Shown here piece by piece: positions 54,570 through 64,000 of a stretch of DNA of 64,000 nt. Made by a program: the position numbers and the translations under genes. The stretch is from Nitrospirota bacterium. Lineage in GTDB: Bacteria; Nitrospirota; UBA9217. The notes beneath the pieces are model-generated. The model saw nothing but the letters and a program-made list of their open reading frames with translations, was not told the origin of the DNA and searched no databases. Position 1 is the stretch's first letter. Each line of letters starts with the position of its first letter. Location: assembly GCA_963818475.1 (NCBI GenBank), contig CAWFSF010000006.1, forward strand, positions 1,856,001 through 1,920,000, given 5' to 3'.

Positions 54570-55274
54570 TCAGATGTGCTCGATATCGTCCTTCGCCTCG
54601 CTCGCGCTTTTTTCCACGGTCTCCCGTTCGATCATCCGCCTCGCCGCGTCAATGCCGCCCACGCCGAACGATATGGCGAGGGCTGCGACGATGCCGCCGA
54701 AGATGATCGAGAAGGCGGCAAGCACGATGCCGGGCGCGACCTGGAGCTGTTCCAGGACCATGGCCAGTATCAGGACCGTCAGGAGAAGGCGTATGGCCTC
54801 CGCAAGGAGCTTGGCAAAGTGAAATCCGCTGTTCACGGCGGCGATCAGCACGGCCCGGCTGAGAAACCCGGCAAAAACATAGCCGATGACCAGGATCAGG
54901 ACCGCGGAAAAAGCGCGGGGAAGATACATGAAGAACTGGGCAACAAGCTGATCGATGGCCGTGATCTTGAGTGCGTTCAGGCCGGTCATCAACACAACAA
55001 TGATCAGGAGCCAGAAAACGATGGCGCCGAGAGCAAGGGACGGTTTCGCCCACAGGTCTCCCTTGCGGAGGATCGATGTTACGCCCATTCTGTCCGACCA
55101 GCTGTCGAACTTGATCGCTGCCAGGAACCTCACAAACACGATCCTGACGACCCGGGCCAGCAGGATCCCGACCAGCAGAATGACGAGCATGGCCAGCAGG
55201 TTCGGCAGGAAAGTCTTTATCATGAGAAACACTTCCTGCAACGGTTCGAGTATCAGATTAAAGAAATCCGTCAT
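54570..55274 (-). CDS. CmpX-like TM-helix-repeat (MscS-associated) membrane protein
   Basis: Repeated FLPNLL/YLPRAF..A..IL.G units; A.A.SFG.GG. Confidence 0.75.
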   Translation of the reverse strand: MTDFFNLILEPLQEVFLMIKTFLPNLLAMLVILLVGILLARVVRIVFVRFLAAIKFDSWSDRMGVTSILRKGDLWAKPSLALGAIVFWLLIIVVLMTGLNALKITAIDQLVAQFFMYLPRAFSAVLILVIGYVFAGFLSRAVLIAAVNSGFHFAKLLAEAIRLLLTVLILAMVLEQLQVAPGIVLAAFSIIFGGIVAALAISFGVGGIDAARRMIERETVEKSASEAKDDIEHI

Positions 55275-55292
55275 GGGTTCACCTCCCGAAGA

Positions 55293-56553
55293 TTATTTCC
55301 AGTTTGTTACCAGATATTCCTTGTTGCTCTCAAATTCCTGACAGAGCTTTTCGATCTCCGCCTCCGCCTCTTGCTGGCCCATCTGCTCCACCTCCAGGAT
55401 GAACGATGCGGTCTTCCCGAGATAGAGCGGCGTCAGGGACTTTATCAGATGTTCGACCGGCAGTTTCTTTTTGTGATAGGCCAGGGCGTAATCATAGATG
55501 ACCCGCGTCCAGAGCGTGAGCGGGAACCGAAACTCCCGGTCTCCCAGCGTGCCGAGCCTTTCCACTTCCCTGAAATCGCCGGTCCCGAGGATATCGTTCC
55601 AGAGTGCGCCGAGGTTCTTAAGACCTTCCCGGAACATATTCAGCATCCGCGGGGTATTCACGTTGACCGGCTCCAGGCCGACCGAGTACTCAAAGCCAAA
55701 GGCGCTCATCGGTTCAGATCCGCGGATCGGCTTCCAGACATCACCATAGGTCTCCATGAGCTCGAACGTGGCGCCGACCACCTGGTAGAGCATGGCGCTC
55801 AGGTCGGAACCGGGGTCCTTGGCATCGTGGATCTTGGCGCCGAGAAAAGACTGGGTCACCTTGAACTGGTTCGCCAGGGCCGTCGTGGTCATCCAGATGT
55901 CGATGCCGAACCGTGCGACGTCGGTCTCCCAGACGTCCTTGGTGAGGTAGAATTTTGCAAGCCTGCCCGAGAAGCCGAAATCGCCGCCAATGGGCTGGCG
56001 CACGCGTTTGCCGTAAAGCGCCCGGGTCAGCGGGTACACGATGCTGTTCGTGATGGTGCCGTCGTACTTATGCCGGTGGTACAGCGGCGCCACATAATCG
56101 AACCCGCCCTCAAGCACCGGCTTCACCAGCAGTTCCACCCATTCGGGCGTGATGCTCCTGAGGTCCGAATCGACGACAACGCAGGCCTTTGCGTCCAAGC
56201 GCCCCGGCCACTTCAAAGATCGTACGAAAGGCGCTTCCCTTGCCCGGGATCCCTGAATAGGGGGTCGCTATCTTGAACAGAGGCTCCACGCGATGGTGAA
56301 GCAGGATGGAAGCATAGTTTTCGATGGAGGTGTTCTGTACCACATCGAGGGTGTCGTCCGTTGAACCGCCGTCGGAATTGACCAGCACGCTCTTCTTGTC
56401 CGGGAAATATTTCGCCAGCCCGGCCTGGACCGCCCGGACCACATGGCCGATCGTCCGGGCGTTGTTGAAGCTCGGGATGCCCACAACGATATCGGCCGAC
56501 CCGACCCGATCGAGAAAATTCCGGACTTCCTGACGATGAATGATCTCAGCCAT
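55293..56553 (-). CDS. GT2/GT78-like glucosylglycerate (or mannosylglycerate) synthase; frameshift near 56210
   Basis: VGIPSFNNA.TI, DGGS.D, GKGSA, DSDL, RHKYDGTITN, RQPIGGDF, FGIDI, K.HD.KDP. Confidence 0.72.
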
Positions 56554-56618
56554 AGGTTTATATCCCAATGTTGTTATTATAGCCCAAGGTCGCTGTTTTG
56601 GCGGACATCGCCGTTCAC

Positions 56619-57957
56619 TTATCGTTCGATCAGCAGGATCTGGATATCCATCACGTTCGTGCCCGTCGGGCCGGTCACCAGGAGGCGTTTTTCATGGTCC
56701 AGAGCATCCAGTTTGCTGAAAAACGTATACGAGTCGTTGTTCCCCAGATAGGACTCGGGATGGACGCCGAGTTCCCGGGCCCGTTGTGCTGTTAATCCGT
56801 CAACGACGGCGCCGGCCGCGTCTGTCGGGCCGTCGGTGCCGTCCGTGCCGGCCGAGAGCAGGGTGACGCCGGGCGTGCCCGCTATCTCGATCGCAAAGGC
56901 CAGGGCAAGCTCCTGGTTCCGTCCGCCCTTGCCGTTCCCGTGGACAATGACCGTCGTCTCCCCGCCCGAGAGGAGGCACCGCCGCTCGCCCGGCTTGAGC
57001 TCATCTTGCATCTGCAGCGCCTGCCGCGCCAGCAAACGGGCAACATCGCGCGCTTCACCCTGAAGCTCCGCAGTGACGACTTCAGCCCTCCATCCGAGGG
57101 CTGTTGCCTTCTCCCTGGCAGCGGCAAGGGCCTGAGCAAGGCTGCCGATGATCACGTTCCTGGTCTTCAGGAAGCAGGCATCTCCGCTCTTCACGGTTTC
57201 CGGTTCCTGTCCCGCCTTTCCCCGTTCAAGGAACGAGGCCACCTCCGCGGGGATCGCCGACGTTAATTTATACCGCTCGATCACCTGTACGGCATCGGCA
57301 AAGGTCGAGGTATCGGACGCCGTCGGTCCTGAAGCGATCACGTCGAGCCGGTCGCCGATGACGTCGGAGAGGATCAGCGTCACCACCGTAGCCGGGCGGG
57401 CCGCCTGAGCAAGCCTGCCGCCCTTGACAGCGGAAAGGTGCTTCCGGACCGTGTTCAGCTCATCGATGGTCGCGCCGGCCTTGAGGAGAAGATCCGTGGT
57501 CCGCTGCTTATGCTCCAGCGTGATGCCCGGGCAGCGGCGCGACCAGCAGAGATGATCCGCCGCCCGAAAGAAGACAGATCACGAGCGTCCGTTCATCAGC
57601 CTGGCGGACCGCATCAAGGATCCTCTGCGTGCCGAGCATTCCCGCATGATCAGGAATGGGATGGCCCGCCTCGATCTGTTCGATCGTCAAGAGTTTCTTC
57701 GCATGTCCGTATTTCACGACAAGGATGCCCTGATCGATCTTTTTACCCAGAACCTCTTCGACGGCGCTCGCCATGGATGCTGAGGCTTTTCCTGCGCCGA
57801 CAACCACGATCCGGTCAAATACGTCAAGGTTGTAAACGCCGCCCCCGACCATGAGCAGATTGTTCTCGACCCTGAAAGCCTTGATCACCGCACGAAAGGG
57901 GTCTACTGCCGAGAGGGCCGCATGGAACATGTCCAGCAAAGGTCCATTGTTCATCAT
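56619..57957 (-). CDS. Glycerate 2-kinase (MOFRL family); frameshift near 57535
   Basis: GAGKA, GHP.PD, SGGGS, RKHLS.VKGG, SDV.GD, GGETTV, GGRNQE, TDG.DG, TGTNV.D. Confidence 0.9.
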
Positions 57958-58773
57958 TTCACCAATTCCAGCACTGCTTCATTCCACCCGGCAGGGCCGA
58001 TGCCTTCCGTCCGGACCAGCCCCGGGATGTCGATCCGCTCATCGTATCTGCCGTTTTCTTTCTTTACCAGGACCGGCCGGTCCACGGCAAGGAGAAAGGG
58101 AAGATCATTCAAACTGTCGCCGATACCGATGGTCGTAACAGGTCCATCCTTTTGTTCATAGAGCCCTCTGAGGATATTCACCGCCCTGCCCTTATGGTGG
58201 TCACCCATGAAGTGAAAGAACCTTCCCTGCGTCCAGCGAAGCCCCTCGCTTTCAATCTCTCTGAGGAATCGTTCATCAGGCGGCTTATCCAGAAAAATAA
58301 AAGGCTCCTCAAAATCTCTTTGTTTGGCAAGACGTGCCTCCTCAAAAGTCAGTCCTGTCAGTGCGGCAACTTCGTCAATGCTCATATCGCCAAAACCGCG
58401 GACAGCGATCCCGAGCCGGTCACGCAAAGCGATGAACCGCTTTCGTATCTCCTCATAGGGCATGCCAAGAGATATCAGCTTCATACCCGTTCCGCCGGTC
58501 ACCGGATTTATGAAACGGGAAATATCCCACTGGAAGATATATCCCCCCGCCGTTCTCGGAAATGAAGGGATGTGCGTTGTCCAGGCGTTTCCGGTACACT
58601 TCGATCTCCGCCCGGGTCTTGCTGGAACAGAGGACCAGCGGGATTTCCCTCTGCCTTATCCGCTCGAGCGCGGGCCTCGCTTCTTCAAAGGAGTAGGTCC
58701 GCGGATGCAGCAAAGAACCGTCCAGATCGGTTACAATGATCAGGCGCGGGGAAGGCGCTGTTCGTTCAGTCAT
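57954..58773 (-). CDS. Glucosyl/mannosyl-3-phosphoglycerate phosphatase (HAD-IIB); frameshift near 58515
   Basis: TDLDGSLL, SSKTRAE, ENGG, EPF, GRF.H, KG.A, GDS.ND. Confidence 0.88.
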
Positions 58774-58778
58774 GATGG

Positions 58779-58998
58779 TCATTCTTCTCTGTTTTTATCT
58801 TCTTGAACTCTTGTTTCCGGCCGGTGGGCGATCAGGCCGCCGGCGAGCATGCCGATCAGCATGGCTGCCACGATCACGATTGTGAGCGGCGTCTCAAAAT
58901 TCCAGAAAAGTACCGCCACCGATACAGGCGGTGCATTCTGTACGGAAAAGACGGCCACTGCCGCGATCAGCATGCATGATGAAACCGTATTTTTTCAT
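58779..58998 (-). CDS. LapA/DUF1049-like small membrane protein; frameshift near 58975
   Basis: FSVQN..PV.V..LFW....PL..V motif. Confidence 0.7.
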
Positions 58999-59076
58999 GG
59001 GTTCGGCGACCTCATCGGAAAGCACTGAGGAAGACAACATTCAGTGCGTAGACGTACAATACGTTCTCGCGAAATG

Positions 59077-59118
59077 AAAAAGGCCGGCAGAAGCATCGTC
59101 AATGCTCATCACCAGCCC
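59077..59118 (-). terminator. Terminator-like hairpin in the 5' leader of the osmolyte operon
   Basis: GGGCTGGTGATGAGCAT...ATGCTTCTGCCGGCC-T5. Confidence 0.6.
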
Positions 59119-59203
59119 TCTTTCCCGCAGAGCCATCGTAATTTCTTATGATGGTTCTGTGGGCGCGTCAGTCCGCTACTACACGTTAACACTTAATGCA
59201 TTT

Positions 59204-59232
59204 ATTATATTCTATCTGATCCTCTGTGTCAA
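59204..59232 (-). promoter_or_regulatory. Consensus sigma-70 promoter
   Basis: TTGACA-17 nt-TATAAT exactly. Confidence 0.8.
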
Positions 59233-59403
59233 ACATGCCTGATAAAGCTCAGCGCTTCTTCTCCGAGTCCGCCTGACACCGCAGCAAAAGAGACTGCATA
59301 TTGATGTGCGAGTAGAGGGCACTTTTGAAGTTCGTCTGGCAATTTAACCGCCTGGCGGCAGCCCTCTGCCTTTGCTAATCTTCCCCCTTAGCCCCTCCGA
59401 TAG

Positions 59404-59523
59404 TACGACAATATGAAAATCCTCCACGCGATTAATTCTCAGTACAATGATATCGTCTTGAACAAGGATAAGGAATACCGGATCGTCGGGGTGGTAATGG
59501 AGATGAAGATACGGTACAAGTAA
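59404..59523 (+). pseudogene. C-terminal remnant of a LexA/CI S24 peptidase domain
   Basis: YDNMKILHAINSQYNDIVLNKDKEYRIVGVVMEMKIRYK* matches the L..N..Y..I......I.G.V tail; no upstream body. Confidence 0.55.
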
Positions 59524-59534
59524 TCTACAGGTAA

Positions 59535-62500
59535 CTAATTTTTACTCCCTGATTTTGCTACACTCACAGCAGTTTCAGCAATAAATTCTATCTTTCGCAA
59601 TGATCGAACTGCTCGGTCGCGAACCTCTGGCGCGATATCATGAAGCATTTTCATTGCGATTGCTTTTGCTTCATCTTTCCCGATCCAAGGTTTATCAAGA
59701 GCAGATACAATAATTGAACGTAAATCAGCTCGTTTAGAATCGAGCAATTTTAAAATTCCCACCTTGGCACTTTGTAACACATCTGTTGACAGATCCATCA
59801 TTTTCTTGAGTAGTCCCGCCGATATTTCTCCGCTTTCGATACCGGGTAAAATCCGATGCACTTCGCTGCTGTCTTTATTCATCACTTCCATTATTGCATT
59901 GGCCGCCTCGTCTCGGACATCGCTTCTTACGTCAAGAATAATAAACCAATAAGTCATCAAGTTTATGATCATCCAACAAATTCAACATGGCTTTCAACAG
60001 ATTCTTTCTTGGGCTCGTAGGGATGAACCCACCCTTAACTGGATACGGCGCCTCATGAACTTTCCAGTGATTGTATGCATGTTGTAGTTCGGCAGAGAAT
60101 GAAGCTGGTAACTTCATTTTCGCACACGCTTCTGCGGCACCGTCAGCAACGTTCGCATCGGATGCCATTATCCCTTTAAGCAGTATCTTTGTAACAGCGT
60201 TAGTAACAGCTTGCCCATCACTTTCACATATCTTCGGCAAACATTGAAAAAGGTATTCACAGCCGCGTGTTAATTTTTCATCAAGTCGATTAAGCACCTT
60301 AGCGCACGCCATTTCATTCCAGATTTCAGAAGCTATATTGCTAATCAGCCAAAGTGCAGTTTTACCCCCTTTAGACATTACGGCTTCGACCGCAGCCTTT
60401 CCCTCTAATCCACCCGCACCAGCTACGAGTAATTGAGCTGCGGTGATCCCAACCACTTCAGAAGGATGAATCAGAGCCATTGCGAGCTTGGCGGGATCAT
60501 ACGTCATTTTACTTGCAATGCGCCAGTCAGCATCGACAGTCACATCATACAACAAGTCGAATAGACTTCTAATTTTATCATCATGTAATAGATTCAATGC
60601 TGAATTAGCCTCTGCGACAAGCTGACTCGGTGCTAACTTAGCAGCTGCTGCAGCTCCGCGGATAGCCATTTTTAGCATATCAACATGGAGCCTCTTACCA
60701 AGTATGAGATAATGACTCGCTTCAATTTCCGGAAATCGCATTACCTGATACAAGGCGCTAAGCGAAATATACTTATCACAATCGCCCGCTTCAACTCGAC
60801 CAGGGGTTGTTTCAGCAAATGCGGTTATGATAGCCTCCAAGACTGCTTTATCAGCCTCAACGTGTGATTTTCTCCAATCTTGTATGTTACCGATGTTATC
60901 AATAATTGGTCCCGCCCATCGCTTGTCGCCTTCCTGCACTAAATCACGACAGCCCTTCTCTATAAGGACTTCACGCAGATGCCCCATGATCTTAAGCGAA
61001 AAATGACCGCTCAGAAAAATGCGAGAAATCTTCCCAAGAATGTCCTCTGACTTTCGCTCAGCAAGAAGTAACTCAGTAGCATGGGAAAGATATATATCAA
61101 CGATCTCACTCACATCACTTCTTATCATTAGCCCCCCTCCCGGAGCACTTACAGCTGAGGGCTCAAGCATAGATTCAAAATCGCGCTCTAAAATATCTAA
61201 ATTTACATATTGCTTTCCCGCTAATAACGCTATAGTGGTAGCAATCAATTTTGTCCATCTCTGATCGTGATTCAATAACTTGCTTGCGAGTGGCCCTATG
61301 ACCGCTGGAGAAAGTCGAGCGAAACCCAAAGCGGCTCGACCTGATTCATAAGCTATCACTGGTATATTGGAGGATAGTCGCGCTGTTAAATGATCAGCAA
61401 CTATCGATGACAATTCAGAGGAGACATTATCTGTTTCAGATTGACAGGAGGCTGCCAGTAAAGCTTCCGTCGAGGTGGGGTCTTCTATGTCATCAAGTTC
61501 TACTAATTTTCGAATTATCCGATCTGCGCTCCCAGAACCTGCTGTTAGGAGGATCGTTTCTCTCCATCGCGGTAGCTTGCGGATATTGACGATCCACTGA
61601 AATAACTTTTCATCATTTAAGCTGGCGGCAAATCGCGCAGCGGCATACTCACCAAGAGCAAGATGTACGAAAGCAACAGCCTCTTGTCCGCCAGCTGCGA
61701 GACGCTCAAGAAGACGCCGTTCCTCCCAATATTTGAAAGCAATCTCGATTTGCCTCTCTGCTTCAAGAATTGGTGCTTTCAATTCTTCTGAGAGGATAGC
61801 GCCACTCCGCTTAAACAACGTATGTGTATCAATCGCAGGATTATTTTGTATAATCCATCCAATAATACTGAGCGCCCTCAAAGCTAATGATGACTCAATG
61901 GTAATTTGAGATGCTCGCTCATGAAGATGTGAGCGTCCCATAAGATCAATTACCTGTTCAAATAGCGAAGCTCTTTGTCGCCCAAGTTCAAGCTTGTTAA
62001 CAGACAACTGAATCAAGAAGCCTAATAGTAGAGGGTTTGGTGGCAGCCAAGGATGCCGCGCTGCTTTTCTGCAAATTATCTTCAAATATTTTCTTTTCGC
62101 ATTTAACTCGATCTGGACTGTCCTTATAATAACTTGATAGGATTTGCTCAGCGTAATCGAGTGTATCCTGCTTGCTTAACGGAAGTAGTTCGTAATGTTT
62201 CCATCCGGGGAGCATGCTTGGATCATGGCCAATAGCACGAGTCGTTACAACTATTGTAGTCTTTTCATGACCGATTGCCCATTTAGACAATAGATCGGCG
62301 ACTTCTAATCGCTGAGGGTCACATTCGTCTAGTCCGTCAGCGATAAAATAATCTGGAGCAGATAACATCGGCTTGATGCCGTGAAGTGATATTCCTGACC
62401 CGTCACATGCTGCGCTAATAATCGCATCTTCAAAGCGTTCGCCATTCAACTTCATTCGCTGCAAAACAACAGGCAGCCTGACTCTTACGATATTTTTATG

Positions 62501-63565
62501 CATTTCAGCATATCTATGAGCAAGCCTTTTTAGGAGGGTGCTTTTCCCCGCTCCGGGTCCGCCTATTATAACAACTTGTTTGGCAAAGTCTGCTATAAAC
62601 TCCGCATCCCTGATTGTTCTCCCCCGATGGCTTCTATCCGCAAGCCTCTCCCACTCATGATATTGAGCGATAAGCTTCTCGATGCTTTTTATCTCCTCAC
62701 TGGGAGTGGCACTCGTTTCATGCAATGCATTGAGCTTTACCCAGGCAGACGAAATGGGCAACGCTACATCAAAACCTGCTACTTGGAAAGTTTCGGTTGT
62801 GCGTATTACCCAATGGCTATAGATCTCAAGTAAAGCAGCCGCGTTTTCGCTCGTTTTCAACAATACAATCCCATTAGACTGAAGAAAACGCGCTATCGAT
62901 GACGCGTCACGCTGTCCTCTATGCGTGATAAGATCGAGGCCATCCTTAACTAATAGTGCCCAGGTGGACTGAGCTTGACGTGAATCAACAATAGTTTGCC
63001 CGATATATTGCCGTCCGACAGCCTCACCCATTGAGCCTGGATACAAATCAAGGACACTAATTCTCAGCCGTGAGAATATTTCGTCTACTGCTAATCCAGC
63101 AGATTTTAGTTTTGAAATAAACTCGGCTGTAATAGACTTAAGATCATCATGTCTTCCCTGGCTAACGCGGATCACATCTGATCGCAATTCATCGCGTATT
63201 GTCAGGCTCGCTGTTGAATCAACAAGAAGTACAGCGCGCAGATCGCGATCGGCACTAAGGCCACGAGCGAGAGTCATCATAGCCTGCCAAAAGTTTTCAC
63301 TCTTTTGCAGACCATGTTTAGCTTGTACTTCAATGTTAGCTGAACCATCCAGACGAACTTTTATATCATCACCAGGCCCCCCCGTTTCGGATGCTACGGC
63401 GATGGGAACATCCTTCAGATCACCGGAGAACCAGCCAAGCTCTCGCTTCGCCAATATATGGGCAGAAACAAACGCGGTCGCAGCTGCTTGGTAGTTAAAG
63501 CCGCCTCCACCAGCACTGCCACCGGTCTTGTTTCTCGCACGTTTACCTTTACGTTTTAGAGTCAT
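59535..63565 (-). CDS. NLR/STAND-like protein: N-terminal PD-(D/E)xK-type nuclease + NACHT NTPase + HEAT-like repeats (about 1340 aa); two frameshifts
   Basis: GFNYQ...E...GDDI...EVQAK; GGPGAGKST Walker A; IADGLDE Walker B; VTTR; NPLLL; F.H...EY.AA; W.E. Confidence 0.8.
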
Positions 63566-63576
63566 TTCAAATATGA

Positions 63577-64000
63577 TTATCTGCATCCTTCTATGGCGTT
63601 TATTTCTTCTGAAGTCAGACCATAAAGCTCGAACACCACTTGATCAATCTGTTGGTCTATCGAATCGATTTGGCGCTGAAGAGACGTTTTTTCGTGATCT
63701 GTTTTCATATCCGGATATTTCCGAGTGAGTGTGAACATCTTATCTACGAAGCCGACGAGCTTATCATGTCGCGCCTTATCAGCTGGATCGTCAAAGTTTA
63801 TCGGGCGAAATGGTAGCCTCTCAATAGCCTGTTTATTTACTGCAAAATAGCCACCGCGAAAAGCATTTGTCATTTGACGAATAAAGTTATCCAACAACTT
63901 TGAATTCAGCAAGCCGAGAATATACTTTAGGTCGTGATCTGCTGCATTATCGAAGCGAAGACCATAGCCACCTGTCGTTATATTCACAAAAAATAGATCA
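63577..64000 (-). CDS. C-terminus of a type II/IIG restriction-modification methyltransferase (TaqI_C-like); 5' part outside window
   Basis: YILGLLNSKLL, FRGGY, I..LP, QRQID..D.QID..V..LYGLT.EEI. Confidence 0.8.
   Translation of the reverse strand, partial: DLFFVNITTGGYGLRFDNAADHDLKYILGLLNSKLLDNFIRQMTNAFRGGYFAVNKQAIERLPFRPINFDDPADKARHDKLVGFVDKMFTLTRKYPDMKTDHEKTSLQRQIDSIDQQIDQVVFELYGLTSEEINAIEGCR

Overview
GC-rich bacterial chromosome segment; gene order and protein style suggest Nitrospirota or a Desulfobacterota-like anaerobe (inference). Almost all genes are on the minus strand. Left to right: lptCAB-rpoN-hpf-ptsN-hprK-rapZ-Man-type PTS IIABCD-ptsH-ptsI; a Ni/Co ECF transporter; ald; an Ig-repeat lipoprotein; dcd; DUF362/polyferredoxin; an MFS transporter; a trpEGDCFBA operon separated from accD by a four-gene cyclic-nucleotide module (GAF-GAF-HD-GYP, CRP, CHASE2 adenylate cyclase, MBL phosphodiesterase); an orphan ParE-like subunit; a chemoreceptor/PAS/Cys-rich sensory cluster; a phage-like repressor switch; a redox trio (UGA-encoded selenocysteine DsbA with SECIS-like hairpin, atypical di-heme peroxidase, FdhE); attC-like relics with a BrnT/BrnA toxin-antitoxin pair; a glucosylglycerate osmolyte operon behind a structured leader; and the edge of an AT-richer defence island (nuclease-NACHT-HEAT protein plus an RM methylase). 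About 25 genes, including essential ones, have single-base frameshifts, often in homopolymers. I read these as long-read assembly errors, and CDS coordinates span the repaired genes. The most striking non-genic signal is a family of 7-, 8- and 9-nt-periodic inverted-repeat elements at most operon junctions, with two inside coding sequence. All calls come from motif recognition by eye; no searches were run.
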